Of a stretch of 64,000 nt of DNA, positions 11,753 through 23,330 are shown piece by piece. The translations under genes and the position numbers were made by a program. The first letter of the stretch is position 1. The number at the start of each line of letters is the position of its first letter. Source of the DNA: Cetorhinus maximus (lineage: Eukaryota); the NCBI RefSeq assembly GCF_964194155.1, contig NC_135898.1, positions 77,934,001-77,998,000 on the forward strand, in the 5' to 3' direction. The notes beneath the pieces are model-generated. The model searched no databases and was not told the origin of the DNA. It saw only the letters and a program-made list of their open reading frames with translations.

Positions 11753-12185
11753 CTGTTGGAACGGAGGAGGAAAAAAAAGGTTAGAGTAGAAAAAGTACGA
11801 TTAGAGTAATAAAATTGCAATGTTTAAACAGCATTCTGCAGTAACAAGACAAGAAAAACGAGTAGTTCTCTCATGTGAAGGTGCAGAAAAATTGGGCAGG
11901 ATGTAGAATCCCAGGAGTTATGGGGTAGGCCTGGTGAGGAAGGTGGGGAAGGCAAGGAGCAAGCATTAATGGCCCAGCAGTACAAATCAATCAAAACTCA
12001 GATAGGAGATTGCAGGTAAATGGAAATATATAAATAGCTAAGCAGTATTTCTGGCTTAGCAACATTAGCATTGCATAGAGAAAGCTGCATTATGTATTTA
12101 CTTCATGCACATGTATTACCACAGCTGGAGAACATATCATACGTTATTGTACTGACAAAGTGCAAAACTACTCCAATATATTTAC

Positions 12186-12344
12186 TTTATCTTTCAATAT
12201 TAGTTCAGCAGCTATGAGGAGTTCCCCAGCTTTCTTTGTTCCATTCTTTATTGGGTACCAAAGGAGTTTGGGGGTCACATCGGTCTCTGGATTTAGCTTC
12301 ACCATCGGAGGGCAGGCACATCTGCCTAAAAATTCGTCTTTTCC
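12186..12344 (-). CDS. MYOF: MYOF exon ~34, GKDEFLGRCACPPMVKLNPETDVTPKLLWYPI...AAELILKDK
   Basis: 159 nt, phase 0 to 0; follows a 95-nt intron. Confidence 0.93.
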
Positions 12345-12439
12345 CTGTGCAGAACAAAGTTAAATTTATTAAGATCGCCTACTTTTCTCTCTGACAGAAA
12401 AGCACGATGCAATCAAACCAAAATTAAAGTAATACGTAC

Positions 12440-12621
12440 AACTTGGTCTTCGTCAAATATTTCAATCATCACATTTGGTGGATTTTTAATTAGGGTTTCA
12501 GGACTGCCATAGATATCAATATCATTGAAAATAAGGGTCTGGTCCCAGGTTGGGTTCAAAGTGGATTTGATAACTTCGGTTGTCTTGCTTTGATGAAGAA
12601 ATGAAACATGTGCATATGGAT
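12440..12621 (-). CDS. MYOF: MYOF exon ~33, (D)[27 protein letters not shown]...EIFDEDQV
   Basis: 182 nt, phase 1 to 0; inside track ORF 12413..12667. Confidence 0.95.
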
Positions 12622-14100
12622 CTGAAAAAAATAAAGTAATAGGTTTAACCTGAGAAAAAGTGAACACATTTAGGCCAATCAGACATTCCGAGAAAGACCA
12701 GTGTGCATGGGAACTGAACTTTGGGAAACTGGAGGGAAATGCAGCCTGTGGTTATTTTAATCATTCGGAAAACCACAGGCTGCATTGCCACTGTTTAACA
12801 AGCTGCATGCCCCTCAAGTGCTAGATTGAAGAATCAGCCCTATTGATACAAAAGTTTAACGTTTTATTATATTCCGTTAACAGCAAAAATGCAGGTGGAC
12901 CTTGTGTAATGAACGACCAAAATTAAAATGAACAGCTACACAATTGAAGTAGTTTAAATTTCAAAACAAGAGCAATCTTGAATGATTTACAACTGTCTTA
13001 ATTCATGCATGGACTTGTCTTAAGCTTTTTATTGACTTCCTTCTCTGCACCTTCTCACTGGAAGATTACTGATGGCAGGTGCAGCGCAATAATTGGTCTC
13101 AGCATCTCTGGGTGAGGAAGAGCGCAGGGTAAAGGAAAACAAAAAGAAACAAGGTTCTCACTCCTCTTTGTAACACAAGCCACTGGATAGTAAAGTCCCT
13201 TTGTACAGAAGTTGAGTGAGGATAGGGTCATGGTTGACTAGGATACCATCCTCACATCAACAGCTAAAAGGCTTGCTGACAATTTGCTATCAAAGCTCAC
13301 ATGAAGAATGGTCACTTAAGGCCAGATACCACACACCAGCACACAGGGCAACCTAGAAAACCCAAAAGCTGACAGCCCAAACAGTACCAAGCATAAATCT
13401 ATGATGTGTCATTGTCATAAGTTGCATACACCTGCAGCTGAAGTTTAGTGCAAAGTTGAGAAAAATTGAATGATATTTCTGAAATGGTTTCTATAGTTAC
13501 TATAATAAGAAGCACCCTTGTCCACCAAAGACTGGAATTGAGAGCATTCCCACCCACAGTGATATTCAATCTAGGAGCAGCCAAAACAGGTAGGAGCCAG
13601 ATGTGCTACTGGAGTTTGTTTTTGTCATCAGCCAACACAAAGCAGCAGCCATTGCCGACAAATGCTGACCGTTCGGTGACAAACACTTAATTTGTATCTC
13701 ATGAGTTAACAGCTCACGACAGGTGGTGAAGAGAAAGTAAGACAGGGCGAGGGGAAAAGGATTAAGGATAATTTGCCATTGCTACCGATTTGTGTAATAT
13801 TTTTCCTTGCAATGCTGCCTTCTCAAAAACATGCTAAACTAATTTATACCAAAAGATGTACAGCTGGTTGGTAGCTGTTGACCTCCAACATACTGTCAAA
13901 TACTTAGTTATGTCATAAACTGCTCCAAGTTGTTAGATTTCACCTCATTGATATTGTGTAATTAATAAGGCTTAAATCAAATTGTACCGCACATAGGCTT
14001 AGTGATAAAAAAACCTTAACTTAGCAACATTCCAATTAAGTTGGCATCTCTATCTACCAAAATACTGTAATGTAACTTTAAAATATGTGGAGTTACAGCT

Positions 14101-14398
14101 GGGAGGGGCGGAGAGGGGCGGAGAGGGGCGGAGAGGGGCGGAGAGGGGCGGAGAGGGGCGGAGAGGGGCGGAGAGGGGCGGAGAGGGGCGGAGAGGGGCG
14201 GAGAGGGGCGGAGAGGGGCGGAGAGGGGCGGAGAGGGGCGGAGAGGGGCGGAGAGGGGCGGAGAGGGGCGGAGAGGGGCGGAGAGGGGCGGAGAGGGGCG
14301 GAGAGGGGCGGAGAGGGGCGGAGAGGGGCGGAGAGGGGCGGAGAGGGGCGGAGAGGGGCGGAGAGGGACGGAGAGGGACGGAGAGGGGGAGAGAGAGA
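14101..14398 (+). repeat. Tandem repeat (GAGAGGGGCG)n, about 29 units, decaying into (GA)n
   Basis: Directly visible 10-bp unit. Confidence 0.98.
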
Positions 14399-14769
14399 AA
14401 GAAATTTACAGTAGTACTGCATTTGCATTGGATGCAACACCTTCAGAGAATTGCAAATGTGTCACGAACCTGCATATTCAAAACCCAAACCATATAGGCC
14501 TATTTTCCTCCAGGTGTCAGAGAATTGCAGGGTACCTGAGGTGCACTGAAACCATGAGTGAAAAGTCTAGTTCAATTTTTCTGCTTTGCATGGCACAACT
14601 CCTTAGTGGGATCGTGCACTGGGATTGACTGGTTGAAACTGAAGCAGAATCGGGCACATGAAAGCCCCATTACCACCAACAGGATCCATTGGAGAGAAGC
14701 AGCCAGAAAGCTCAAATGATTCGTTACATTTTTTCTCCTTTTAGCATCAATGCTGCTTGGGTACCCTGT

Positions 14770-14870
14770 GCATCTCTGCAGATGCTGTCAGACCTGCTGA
14801 GTTTTTCCAGGTATTTTTATTTTTGTTTTTGTTTTGGATTTCCAGCATCCGCAGTTTTTTGCTTTCACCC
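14770..14870 (+). mobile_element. Fragment of Penelope-like terminal repeat, family A
   Basis: cagatgctgtcagacctgctgagtttttccaggtatt...cagcatccgcag, as at 23210-23330 and 34935-35021. Confidence 0.7.
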
Positions 14871-15163
14871 TGTGAACCTTCTGGGCTGCAGAGGTTTCCA
14901 ACATAATACCCAGCATTAGCTTCAAGACCCCTCTGTTTGGGGTAAGTGAATGAGGGAGTATGACCACAAGCAACAACAGTTTCATTGGTATCCTTACAAT
15001 GGTCCTGCCCCTTCAACAGGCTGAGAGATCCCAGGCTGATGTCTTAAGAGGCCCAGACCTGATGCGACAGATAGTCCCCATGCCCCTCTTTCTCCTTAGA
15101 TCTGGAAACTGAGAAAACCCCAGGCCTAACCTATAACCTTATGCAAACATCTAGCAGTGTACA

Positions 15164-15690
15164 AAACAGTTGCTTGTTAATACAGCATTTGCATGTTACT
15201 GAAAAGGGAGACATGCTGTGGAAGCTTTTCATCTTGCACTCATTGGGTCAAAAAACACAGGAATTTCAAACAATCAAAAACATTTATACTACAGGAGAAA
15301 AGGGTGCTGATTGGTTGGCAAGTCAACTCTGATTGACTAAGGTGTCGACATAGAGAAAGCAACAGGTAATAGGCTCCCCAAACTCCTGGGTAATTAAAAA
15401 AAAAGTGCAAAGCTTGGACATATTCCTTTTGTTTGCAGAGAACAAGTCCCTTCCTATGTATGTCACTTCTAGCAAGTGTAAATGAACCATATTGTGAGCT
15501 CAGCTGATTATCTTCAATTGGCTATTAGCGTAACTATTGACACACTCAGGATTGTTCAGCAAGTGCTGCCCAATCGTGGAATCACATCTAACACGGGACC
15601 TTTTGTTTTGAGTTTTACATGCAGACTGGTTGAATATGGTCTGTATTCTGCCTGTTACCAACAGCCTAAGGAACATGCTTTTTGAACCAA
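15164..15690 (-). mobile_element. Penelope-like element 3' remnant, family B (GIY-YIG C-terminus plus terminal repeat)
   Basis: ORF 15500..15748 contains STIGQHLLNNPEC...LKIIS, continuing to LLE...LCKQKE; homologous to 33418-33947. Confidence 0.78.
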
Positions 15691-15804
15691 ACAAATTTGT
15701 TCTTAACAGGCCAAATACAGACTGTACTCTGACTTTAAACACTGACAATATTTCTAATAATACATTAAATAGACCTCACTGGATAAAGTTTGGTAAGTAC
15801 ATAC

Positions 15805-15882
15805 CTGAAAAACTGTCTTTATCCATAGCAACTATGGCTCTTGCTTGATAAATATAGCATCGGAGGTGATAGATCGAAGGGC
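15805..15882 (-). CDS. MYOF: MYOF exon ~32 (C2D start), (R)[25 protein letters not shown](D)
   Basis: 78 nt, phase 1 to 1. Confidence 0.95.
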
Positions 15883-16638
15883 CTGCAACAAAATATCAGT
15901 ATTATCCAAAATATGTGCATGCTCTAGTTTAGGTCACATTTCCAAAGTGTCAATGTGAAAATGCTGATCTGGTGTGAGGCCCAAACTGACACCCAAGTGA
16001 AGCAGAGCCAAAAGGTCCTCCTCTGCGATGCCTCATTTTGCTTTGCCCCAATATCAGATAAAGGTCTAAACTCCAGTTTCATGCTGAATTTAGAACTAAA
16101 ACACTGATGCAAAATGAAGTTGCTTCATACCAGCATAACAATTCTCATTTGAATAGTTACAAATGCACACTTTCAGGAAAACATCATCAGTTTTGGAAAA
16201 TGACTGAAGTGACCACTCTGACACAAAACCACAGTTACAATTCAGTAGCCACTTCTGAGACATTGAGTTAACAACATATGTGCAGAAATTGAAGAGCAAA
16301 AGTAAATGTGGATAGCGCAGTGCTAAAAAAGACTTAACATTATCTATGAGGATAAGTACGGTAGCTTTAAAACTATTACAAATTGTGGGGGGGTGGGTGG
16401 TGGATGGCGGGGAGGAGGAACAGTAAGACATATTTCTGGGAAATGGTATTGTGGTTTCGGGGGGGGGGGGGGAGGGAAAAAAAAGGTGCACGGATGGAAA
16501 AAGCAAACAGAAGTATTCGGATCAATTTTGATGTATAATTTCACAGAGATCAGCCTTCAACCCTCTGGGCCTTTATTGGTGTAAGATACACTCTATGGCA
16601 TTATGATAGAACATTAAGAGTTGGAAGGTTTTGCTTAC

Positions 16639-16726
16639 GGTCAAACACACAGGAGATCATTGGGGCACTTGCTCCAAACACAGAGTCTGTTGGTGATTTA
16701 TCACCATCCTCACTGGAAGTTGGAGC
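16639..16726 (-). CDS. MYOF: MYOF exon ~31, APTSSEDGDKSPTDSVFGASAPMISCVFD(R)
   Basis: 88 nt, phase 0 to 1, ttttaag acceptor. Confidence 0.9.
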
Positions 16727-16991
16727 CTTAAAATAAACAGAACAAATCAAGAACGACGATGCGTCTCAGGTCATTTATTTTTGCCCACCCTGACAACTTC
16801 ACTCCATAACCACACCACACAAAAAGAAATGCTGAAACGTTCATGCGAAACATTTAATATGTAACACAGAAAGTAAACATGCACCCACAAATCTTGAAAT
16901 AGACCAATAACAGGTGGACAGCATTGAAAAATGTTATTTGTGCAGAGAGGATAGCACTTAAATTTAAAAATAATCCTACTAGTTCACTCAC

Positions 16992-17162
16992 GAGAGCACC
17001 TTCCAGTTTGAAGACAGCCGCAGCCCCGAGTCGGCCAGATGGTGCCATTTTTCTTCGCCATCTTCTGCGGCGATAAGTATCTGATTTCCGCTGCTTCATG
17101 TGGAAGTTCCAGCCAATCAGGGAGGCATATTCCCACCCTTCCAAATCCTGAACTGACTGGCT
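16992..17162 (-). CDS. MYOF: MYOF exon ~30, [21 protein letters not shown]...RRRRWRRKM...FKLEGAL
   Basis: 171 nt, phase 0 to 0; the acceptor could shift 6 nt in frame to a downstream CAG. Confidence 0.93.
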
Positions 17163-17556
17163 CTGAAAGTTGGAAATAAGTGAAAGTCAACAACAAAAAA
17201 AAACACCCATCAGCAACAGATATTGTCGATATAAAATCTCACTGTTTCCACAGCATCAATAGTCTACTGTTGTCATTTTAAATTTTGTTACTTGAATTAA
17301 CGTGCATCAAAAAGCTTTCCACACGTGAGCAGCAAACACACATCCAGCAACTTAACTACACAAATATACTGGTTTCACATATAGGGTAGGTTGGAGGGAA
17401 AAGCAATTCAAATATAAATCATGTAATGGAAATGGATTTTTAGGCGATATGTTACAATGGATCATTTCCACAATCCAAGATCACCCTCAAAACTCATTCA
17501 GCATGATAAAGTTTTGATATTCTCCACAACTTGTTGCAACTTTCAAAAGACCGGGG

Positions 17557-17886
17557 AGGGGAGGTGGTGGCATAGTGGTATTGTCACTGGACTGGTATTC
17601 TACAGGCCCAGGGTAATGCGCTGGGGATCTGGGTTCAAATCCCACCACAGCAGATAGTGAAATTTGAATTCAATAAAAATCTAGAATCAAAAGTCTAATG
17701 ATGACCGTGAAACCATTGCCGATTGTTGTAAAAACTAATGCCCTTTAGGTTACCTTAATGCTTACCTGATCTGGCCTAGATGTGACTCCAAACCCACAGC
17801 CCTCTGAACAAGGGTAATTAGGGATGGGCAATAAATGCTGGCCTAGCCAGCAACTCCTACAGTCCATGAACGAATAAAACAAAAAA
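17557..17886 (+). mobile_element. tRNA-derived SINE, HE1-like
   Basis: Pol III A box TGGCATAGTGG (17568-17578) and B box GGTTCAAATCC (17632-17642); 3' tail shared with the HER1-like LINE. Confidence 0.88.
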
Positions 17887-17909
17887 CACAACAGACTGCC
17901 GGAACATAC

Positions 17910-18046
17910 CTTATGTGCAGTTTGCAGATTGTCTTTTTTGCGCCTTCGCACCCAACGCCTGCGCCGATGGATATGATACATTTTCTCTGTCGAGACCCAG
18001 GATTTGGGCCTGTCATCTGGGGGTATTGTTATTCCATACTCCCAGC
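17910..18046 (-). CDS. MYOF: MYOF exon ~29, (G)[45 protein letters not shown]
   Basis: 137 nt, phase 1 to 0; DysF Arg/Trp motif. Confidence 0.95.
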
Positions 18047-18654
18047 CTGCAGTGTAAAGAAAGGGCAAAAATAGGGTTGAAAAATAACATACAAGATTTT
18101 AAAATTTACCAGCAACCTTACTAAACCTCGGAGCAGTTGCAAGTTACAGAAGTCACACACGCTTTGGAAAGCAGAGAGTGTTTTATTTTTTCATGTTTGT
18201 CAGAGTTTTAAGTATTAGGCAGGGCTGTTGATGGTGTATCCCACTTTTTTTTTAGGCATGTGGAGCAAAATGGATAAGCAGACTTAACCCAATTCTGAAA
18301 TACGATGTAGGAGATAAAACCAAGGCTATTGATTTGCCGCATCATTACAGACCATGACATGTCCTGTGATTTCTGTTATCCAACTTGGGAAGCACAATTT
18401 TGTGTTTTAAAATTCCAGATTTTTGGAAATTAAAAAAAATCTGATTGTTAAATCGTACCTATAAAACGAGACCAAGTTGAGTAGGGCTCTATATGATGAC
18501 AGCTGTAGCTCAAGCCCCATCTAAAGATAGGGTCTGGTTTGTGCCAATGCAGCTACTGAAGTGTACTGCTAGTGGCAACCCCCACAGTAAACTGGCTAGG
18601 TTTGCTATGGCCAGCAAGTTTTACAGTGGGACATAATAAAGAAGCAGTTATTGT

Positions 18655-19140
18655 TATCCTTAGGAGTAGAGGAGATTAAGGGGTGATTTATTTAATAGCG
18701 GTATTTACAAAAGAGAGGTGAGAATGTGGAACTTGCTACCACAAGGAGTGGTTGAAGTGAATAATATTAAAGGGTGTTTAAGGGCAAGTTAGACGAGTGA
18801 GGGGGAAGGGAATAGAGGGTTACGATGATGCATATAGATGAGGAAAGATAGGAGGAGGTTCGAGTGGAACAAACTCCAGCATGGACTGGTTGGGCTGAAT
18901 GGCCTGTTTCTGTGCCGTATAATCTACACATCAAACATTGAGGTGTTTTGGTGGCGAGGGGTTTTGGTGGTGTAAATAAGGAAAAACCTGTCTCCACTGG
19001 CAGCAGGAGCAGTAATCAGGGAATAAATTGGCACAAGAGAATAAGCAGCAAAGTGGAGGTCACTTTCTCCCCAAATGCAGCAAGTTATAATCTGCAATGC
19101 ATGGCCTGAAAGGGTGGAAGGAGATTCAATAGCAACTTGC
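18655..19140 (+). mobile_element. CR1 3' fragments
   Basis: ggagattaaggggtgattt, gtggaacttgctacc and tail gggctgaatggcctgtttctgtg. Confidence 0.7.
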
Positions 19141-19154
19141 TAAAAAAAGCATGA

Positions 19155-19465
19155 AAAAAATCATTTATGGGATGTGGGCGTCGCTGGCTAGGCCAGTATT
19201 TATTGCCTCTAATTGCCCTTGAAAACGTGATGGTGGTGGTGAAGCTGCCTTCTTGAAACGCTGCAGTCCGTGTGGTGTAGGTACACCCACAGTGGTGTTG
19301 GGAGGGAGTTCCGGGATTTTGACCCAGCGACGGTGAAAGAAACGGCGATATATTTCCTGGTCAGGATGGTGAGTGACTTGGAGGGGAACTTCCAGGTGGT
19401 GATGTTCACATGTCACTGCCCTTATCCTTCTAGATGGTAGCGGTTGTGGGTTTGGAAAATGCTGT
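19155..19465 (-). mobile_element. HER1-like LINE 3' fragment
   Basis: Reverse complement of 11235-11510 (WKFPSKSLTIL remnant ORF); sits inside a CR1 fragment that resumes at about 19470. Confidence 0.85.
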
Positions 19466-19937
19466 GTAAAGATATACCTATTGGATATATAATTGAAGGA
19501 AAAACTTACAGGTATGGGGAAAGAGCTGAGGAGTGGGACTAACCAGATAGCTGTTTCGAAGAGCTGGCACAGGCACAATGGAGTGAATGGCTGCTTCCCT
19601 GCACTATTATTGTATGAAGTGTGAGAGACATAAGCCCATGACAAAAAGGAAATGAATGCTGCTGGCACGGTGTGACACACTGTCAAGCCTTAAACCTCAC
19701 CTGATAGAAGGTAGTACAGCACACGACAGTTGATCCCACTTAACTACTTAATAAAAACATTTTACACTAGAAAATCGTCAAGTTGCAGCAGTGTAAAATA
19801 AATCCTTCCAGTGCTTGTAGTAGCTCCCTCAAAGTGTGCACATGCTTCAACAGCACTTCCTCAGATTTCATGTAACTTCCTCTGTCCTGAGATTTTTGGG
19901 CAAATAATCCCATGGCAAATCATTAAGATTAGGTACA

Positions 19938-20900
19938 AGTCATAAAATAGCAGAGCATAGGAGGGCACCATTCGGCCCAGTCTGTGTGAGCTCTTCTGAA
20001 AGAGCAATCTGGTTTTTCCCCACTACCTTGCTCTTTCCACATATCCCTGCAATTTGTTTCTCCTTGAAGTATTTATCCAATTCCCTTTTGAATCCTACTC
20101 CATCCAATACCCTGTCAGGCAGTGCATTCCAAATTCTAACCACTCATTTCATAAGAAAAGCTTTCCTCACACTGCCTGTGGCCAATCACCTTAAATCTGT
20201 GCTCTCAGTTTATCGCCCCTTCAACAATTCTAAACTGTTCCTCTTGATTTACTTTATCTAAACTTTCTATAATTTTAAACATCTCTAGCAAATCTCTTAG
20301 CTTTTGTTACTTTAAGAACGACTCCAGTTTCTCCAGATTACCCAGGTAGCTGCAATCCCTCATCCCTAGAACCATTCTGGTAAATCTCTTCTGTACTCCC
20401 CCCCATAACTTTCATATCCTTCCTGAAGTGTGGGCAATACTCAAACTGGGGCAAAACTGCTGTTTCATATAAGGTTTCACATACGTTGCTGGCTTTTGTA
20501 CTTTATGCCTCCATTTATAAAATCCTAGGATCCCAAATGCTTTAATAACTGCTTTGTTAACCTGTCCTGCCACCTATCCCCATGTCTCTCTCTTCTTGCA
20601 CCTAGTTTAATATTGTAGTATTTGGCATGTATCATCTCTCTCTATTCTTCTGATTAATATATATTTTAGTGTTCAATAACTGATTGGTGTAATTGTGAGG
20701 ACATTTTAAAGTACTGAAAATAAACCTGTTGCAGATTTAGATCTAGTGTCATCTCTGCATTGCTTTGAGATGAATCACATGTACAAGATATATAACAAAC
20801 TAACAAATACATAACATACATCCCCTCACACCTTTCTGCATTGCATTTCATCTGCTGTGTGTCCACCTATTCCAGCAGCCTGTTTATGTCCTCTTGAAAT
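19938..20900 (-). mobile_element. Degenerate CR1 LINE fragment
   Basis: ORF VRIWNALPDRV...FKRELDKY plus CR1 tail. Confidence 0.78.
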
Positions 20901-21195
20901 CTATCACCATCTGCCTCCACTATACTTTGAAGTTTTGGGTAAGCTGCAAATCTCTAAATTGTACTCCCTGCACTCCCAAGCCCAAATCAATAATATATCT
21001 TAAAAACAGCTCATTGCTATTTCAGCTAGATACTATTGGGACATTAACTCTTCTCCCCTTACCCATCATTGCAAGTTAATTGAATAGTTGAAATTCATTT
21101 AAAAATCCAGCCTGGAACAATAAACCAGTGAAACAAATATTTTCCCTATACACTGAACAAAATTTCTTCCAACAGCAGGTTAGTGTCAAAATCAC

Positions 21196-21298
21196 CTTGC
21201 TCATCCACAGCTCGATTGACATCATATTCCCAATCCTCCAACCAATTCCAGCCAGGTGGACACTCAATCTCCTCTTTTGAGGAACTCTTCTCACCATT
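21196..21298 (-). CDS. MYOF: MYOF exon ~28 (inner DysF), [34 protein letters not shown](G)
   Basis: 103 nt, phase 0 to 1. Confidence 0.94.
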
Positions 21299-21974
21299 CT
21301 ATCACAGAAGAAAATAAAAGTAAATTTTAAGGATCTCTTAACTACACAAGTTTGGGAGCTGTGTTAGTTCACAAACTGTATGGTCACAAAAATGGACTTA
21401 AAGTTCATGGTTTATAATTACTTGAAAACATGAAGCAAGAAAACCAAAAGGTAGCACAGCCTGGAGTGCAAAAATTGCATCAGGCTAACAAATGTCCAAT
21501 GCTTTGTTCAGTTGTTAATTTGGCATTTAAATCTGTTTCCAAGTGACCAAATTGCAGATTGCAATACAGTGACAGTAGAAGCCTCCAAGTCTGTCATTTG
21601 TATAATGTGAAATTGTTTTTAATGTGTCCTCAGGCGCGGCTATACTCAAATCTGTATTGTTGGTCAATAACCCCACAAAGTGTAAATCTCAAATGATGAG
21701 TATATTCACAGTCTGCTGAAAATAGAGTGCAGTAGCCATGTTTTCAAATGACAAAGTGTGTTAGAGGTCCAGGGACCATCAAATCATTAAACTACACCAT
21801 TGGCAAAGGAGCCAGGTCAGCTACATTAAAAATATGTAAGGGTGGGTTGTATGCATGGTTTGTTCAACGTGGGAGCTTACATTAACACTAGATTGACAGG
21901 ATTTCCTGGCTCCCTAAAAAAAAAAAATTCATATAAAATGAGCGTCAGCCATGGCAGGTGTAGGAGTTACATAT

Positions 21975-22395
21975 TTCTGGGTTCAAGTCCCATTCCAGAG
22001 CTTGTGCACAAAGAACTCCAGGCTGACGCTCCAGTGCAGTACTGAAGAAGTGCTGCATTGTCAGAGGTGCTGTCTTTCAGATTAAAGATTAAACAGAAAC
22101 CCCCGTCTGCGTACTGGGATGGATGTAAAAGATTCCCTGGAACTACATGGAAGAGAGGAGAGATATCCCTGGTGTCCTGGCCAATGTTTACCCCTGAATC
22201 AGCATCAGAGAAACACATTATCTGGTCATTATCACATTGTAGTTTGTGGGAGTTTGCTGGGTGTAAATTGACTGCCGTGTTTCCTACATTACAACATTGA
22301 GTACACTTCAAAAAGAATTTCATTGGCTGTAAAGTGCTTTAAGGTGTCTGGTAGTCATGAAAAGTGTGATATAAGTGCAAATCTTTCTTTCTTTA
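21975..22395 (+). mobile_element. Deu-domain SINE (SacSINE1/AmnSINE-like)
   Basis: B box ggttcaagtcc; Deu-like core ggatgtaaaagattccctgg...ggtgtcctggccaat; (cttt)n tail; second copy at 37535-37945. Confidence 0.75.
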
Positions 22396-22596
22396 AATGC
22401 AGATCACTAAATTTGTGATCTTGAAATTTTGCTTCAATAATACTAAGTATTATCTGAATATAGATGGAGACTACACCATTGTGTAAAGCAACTCCCAAAT
22501 CACACTCCTGATTGATAGCTTTCCCTCAATTGTACGATCAGTTCCACAGAAGATATAGTGTCAGCATTTTGTTACCCTAAACAATACAATACACAC

Positions 22597-22711
22597 CAGG
22601 TCAGTGTAGGGCTCCTCTGCTACTTTCCATTCAGCTCCAGGATAGCGGGTGTTATTTTCATAAACTTCATCGATAAATTCTGTGTGGCCAGCATCAGCTT
22701 CTGTTAGCAAA
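22597..22711 (-). CDS. MYOF: MYOF exon ~27, (S)LLTEADAGHTEFIDEVYENNTRYPGAEWKVAEEPYTDL
   Basis: 115 nt, phase 2 to 0. Confidence 0.94.
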
Positions 22712-23209
22712 CTATGAACACAAATAAAATGAGCCAAGTTATGGTAGGTTTTATATTATATGCAGAATGTACACCATTTACCACTCTCCCTTTCATTTGG
22801 TCTGAAGGGCTGGCCTACCACATCCAGTCCTCGACTGAAGCGATTTAGTGCACTGCACTAATAAGGTAGAATTGGCATAATTTCTCTCAGAGAATGTATT
22901 CACTTAGACCAAGAAGAATTGAGAGTGGTTTGAAAAGTCAAGAACTAGTGCTACAAAAAGTTAAGGTTAGAGTGGAGATGTTCCTAAAGATAAGAGTTAA
23001 AAAAAATTGATCTCGCTCAAATTCAAATGTTTCAGAAATCATGGAGTATTGGAGGAGATATTAGAAACTAGGGAAAAAGAGGCCTGAATTTTCCACTCAA
23101 ACGTGGAGAGTAGTTCAGACTGGAAATTTTCCACGGTTCTTCAAAGCTGTAGAAGCGAGTCACAGAATCACAGAGTGCAGAAGAGGCCCTTCGGCCCATC
23201 GAAGTCCAA

Positions 23210-23330
23210 CAAGGGTCATGCGGACTCGAAACGTTAACTGTGCTCCTCTCCACAGATGCTGCCAGACCTGCTGAGTTTTTCCAGGTATTTTTGTTTTGGA
23301 TTTCCAGCATCCGCAGTTTTTTGCTTTTAT
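23210..23330 (+). mobile_element. Penelope-like terminal repeat fragment, family A
   Basis: agggtcatgcggactcgaaacgttaac...cagcatccgcag; abuts a short inverted CR1 tail at 23160-23208. Confidence 0.72.

Noticed and set aside
14085-14497. Three repetitive ORFs (GAERGGEGRR / LSAPLRPSPP)n
   Set aside because: They are translations of a stop-free 10-bp tandem repeat with no gene context.
17557-17650. tRNA-like A and B boxes
   Set aside because: This is the head of a multicopy SINE; it forms no cloverleaf or terminator of a real tRNA gene.
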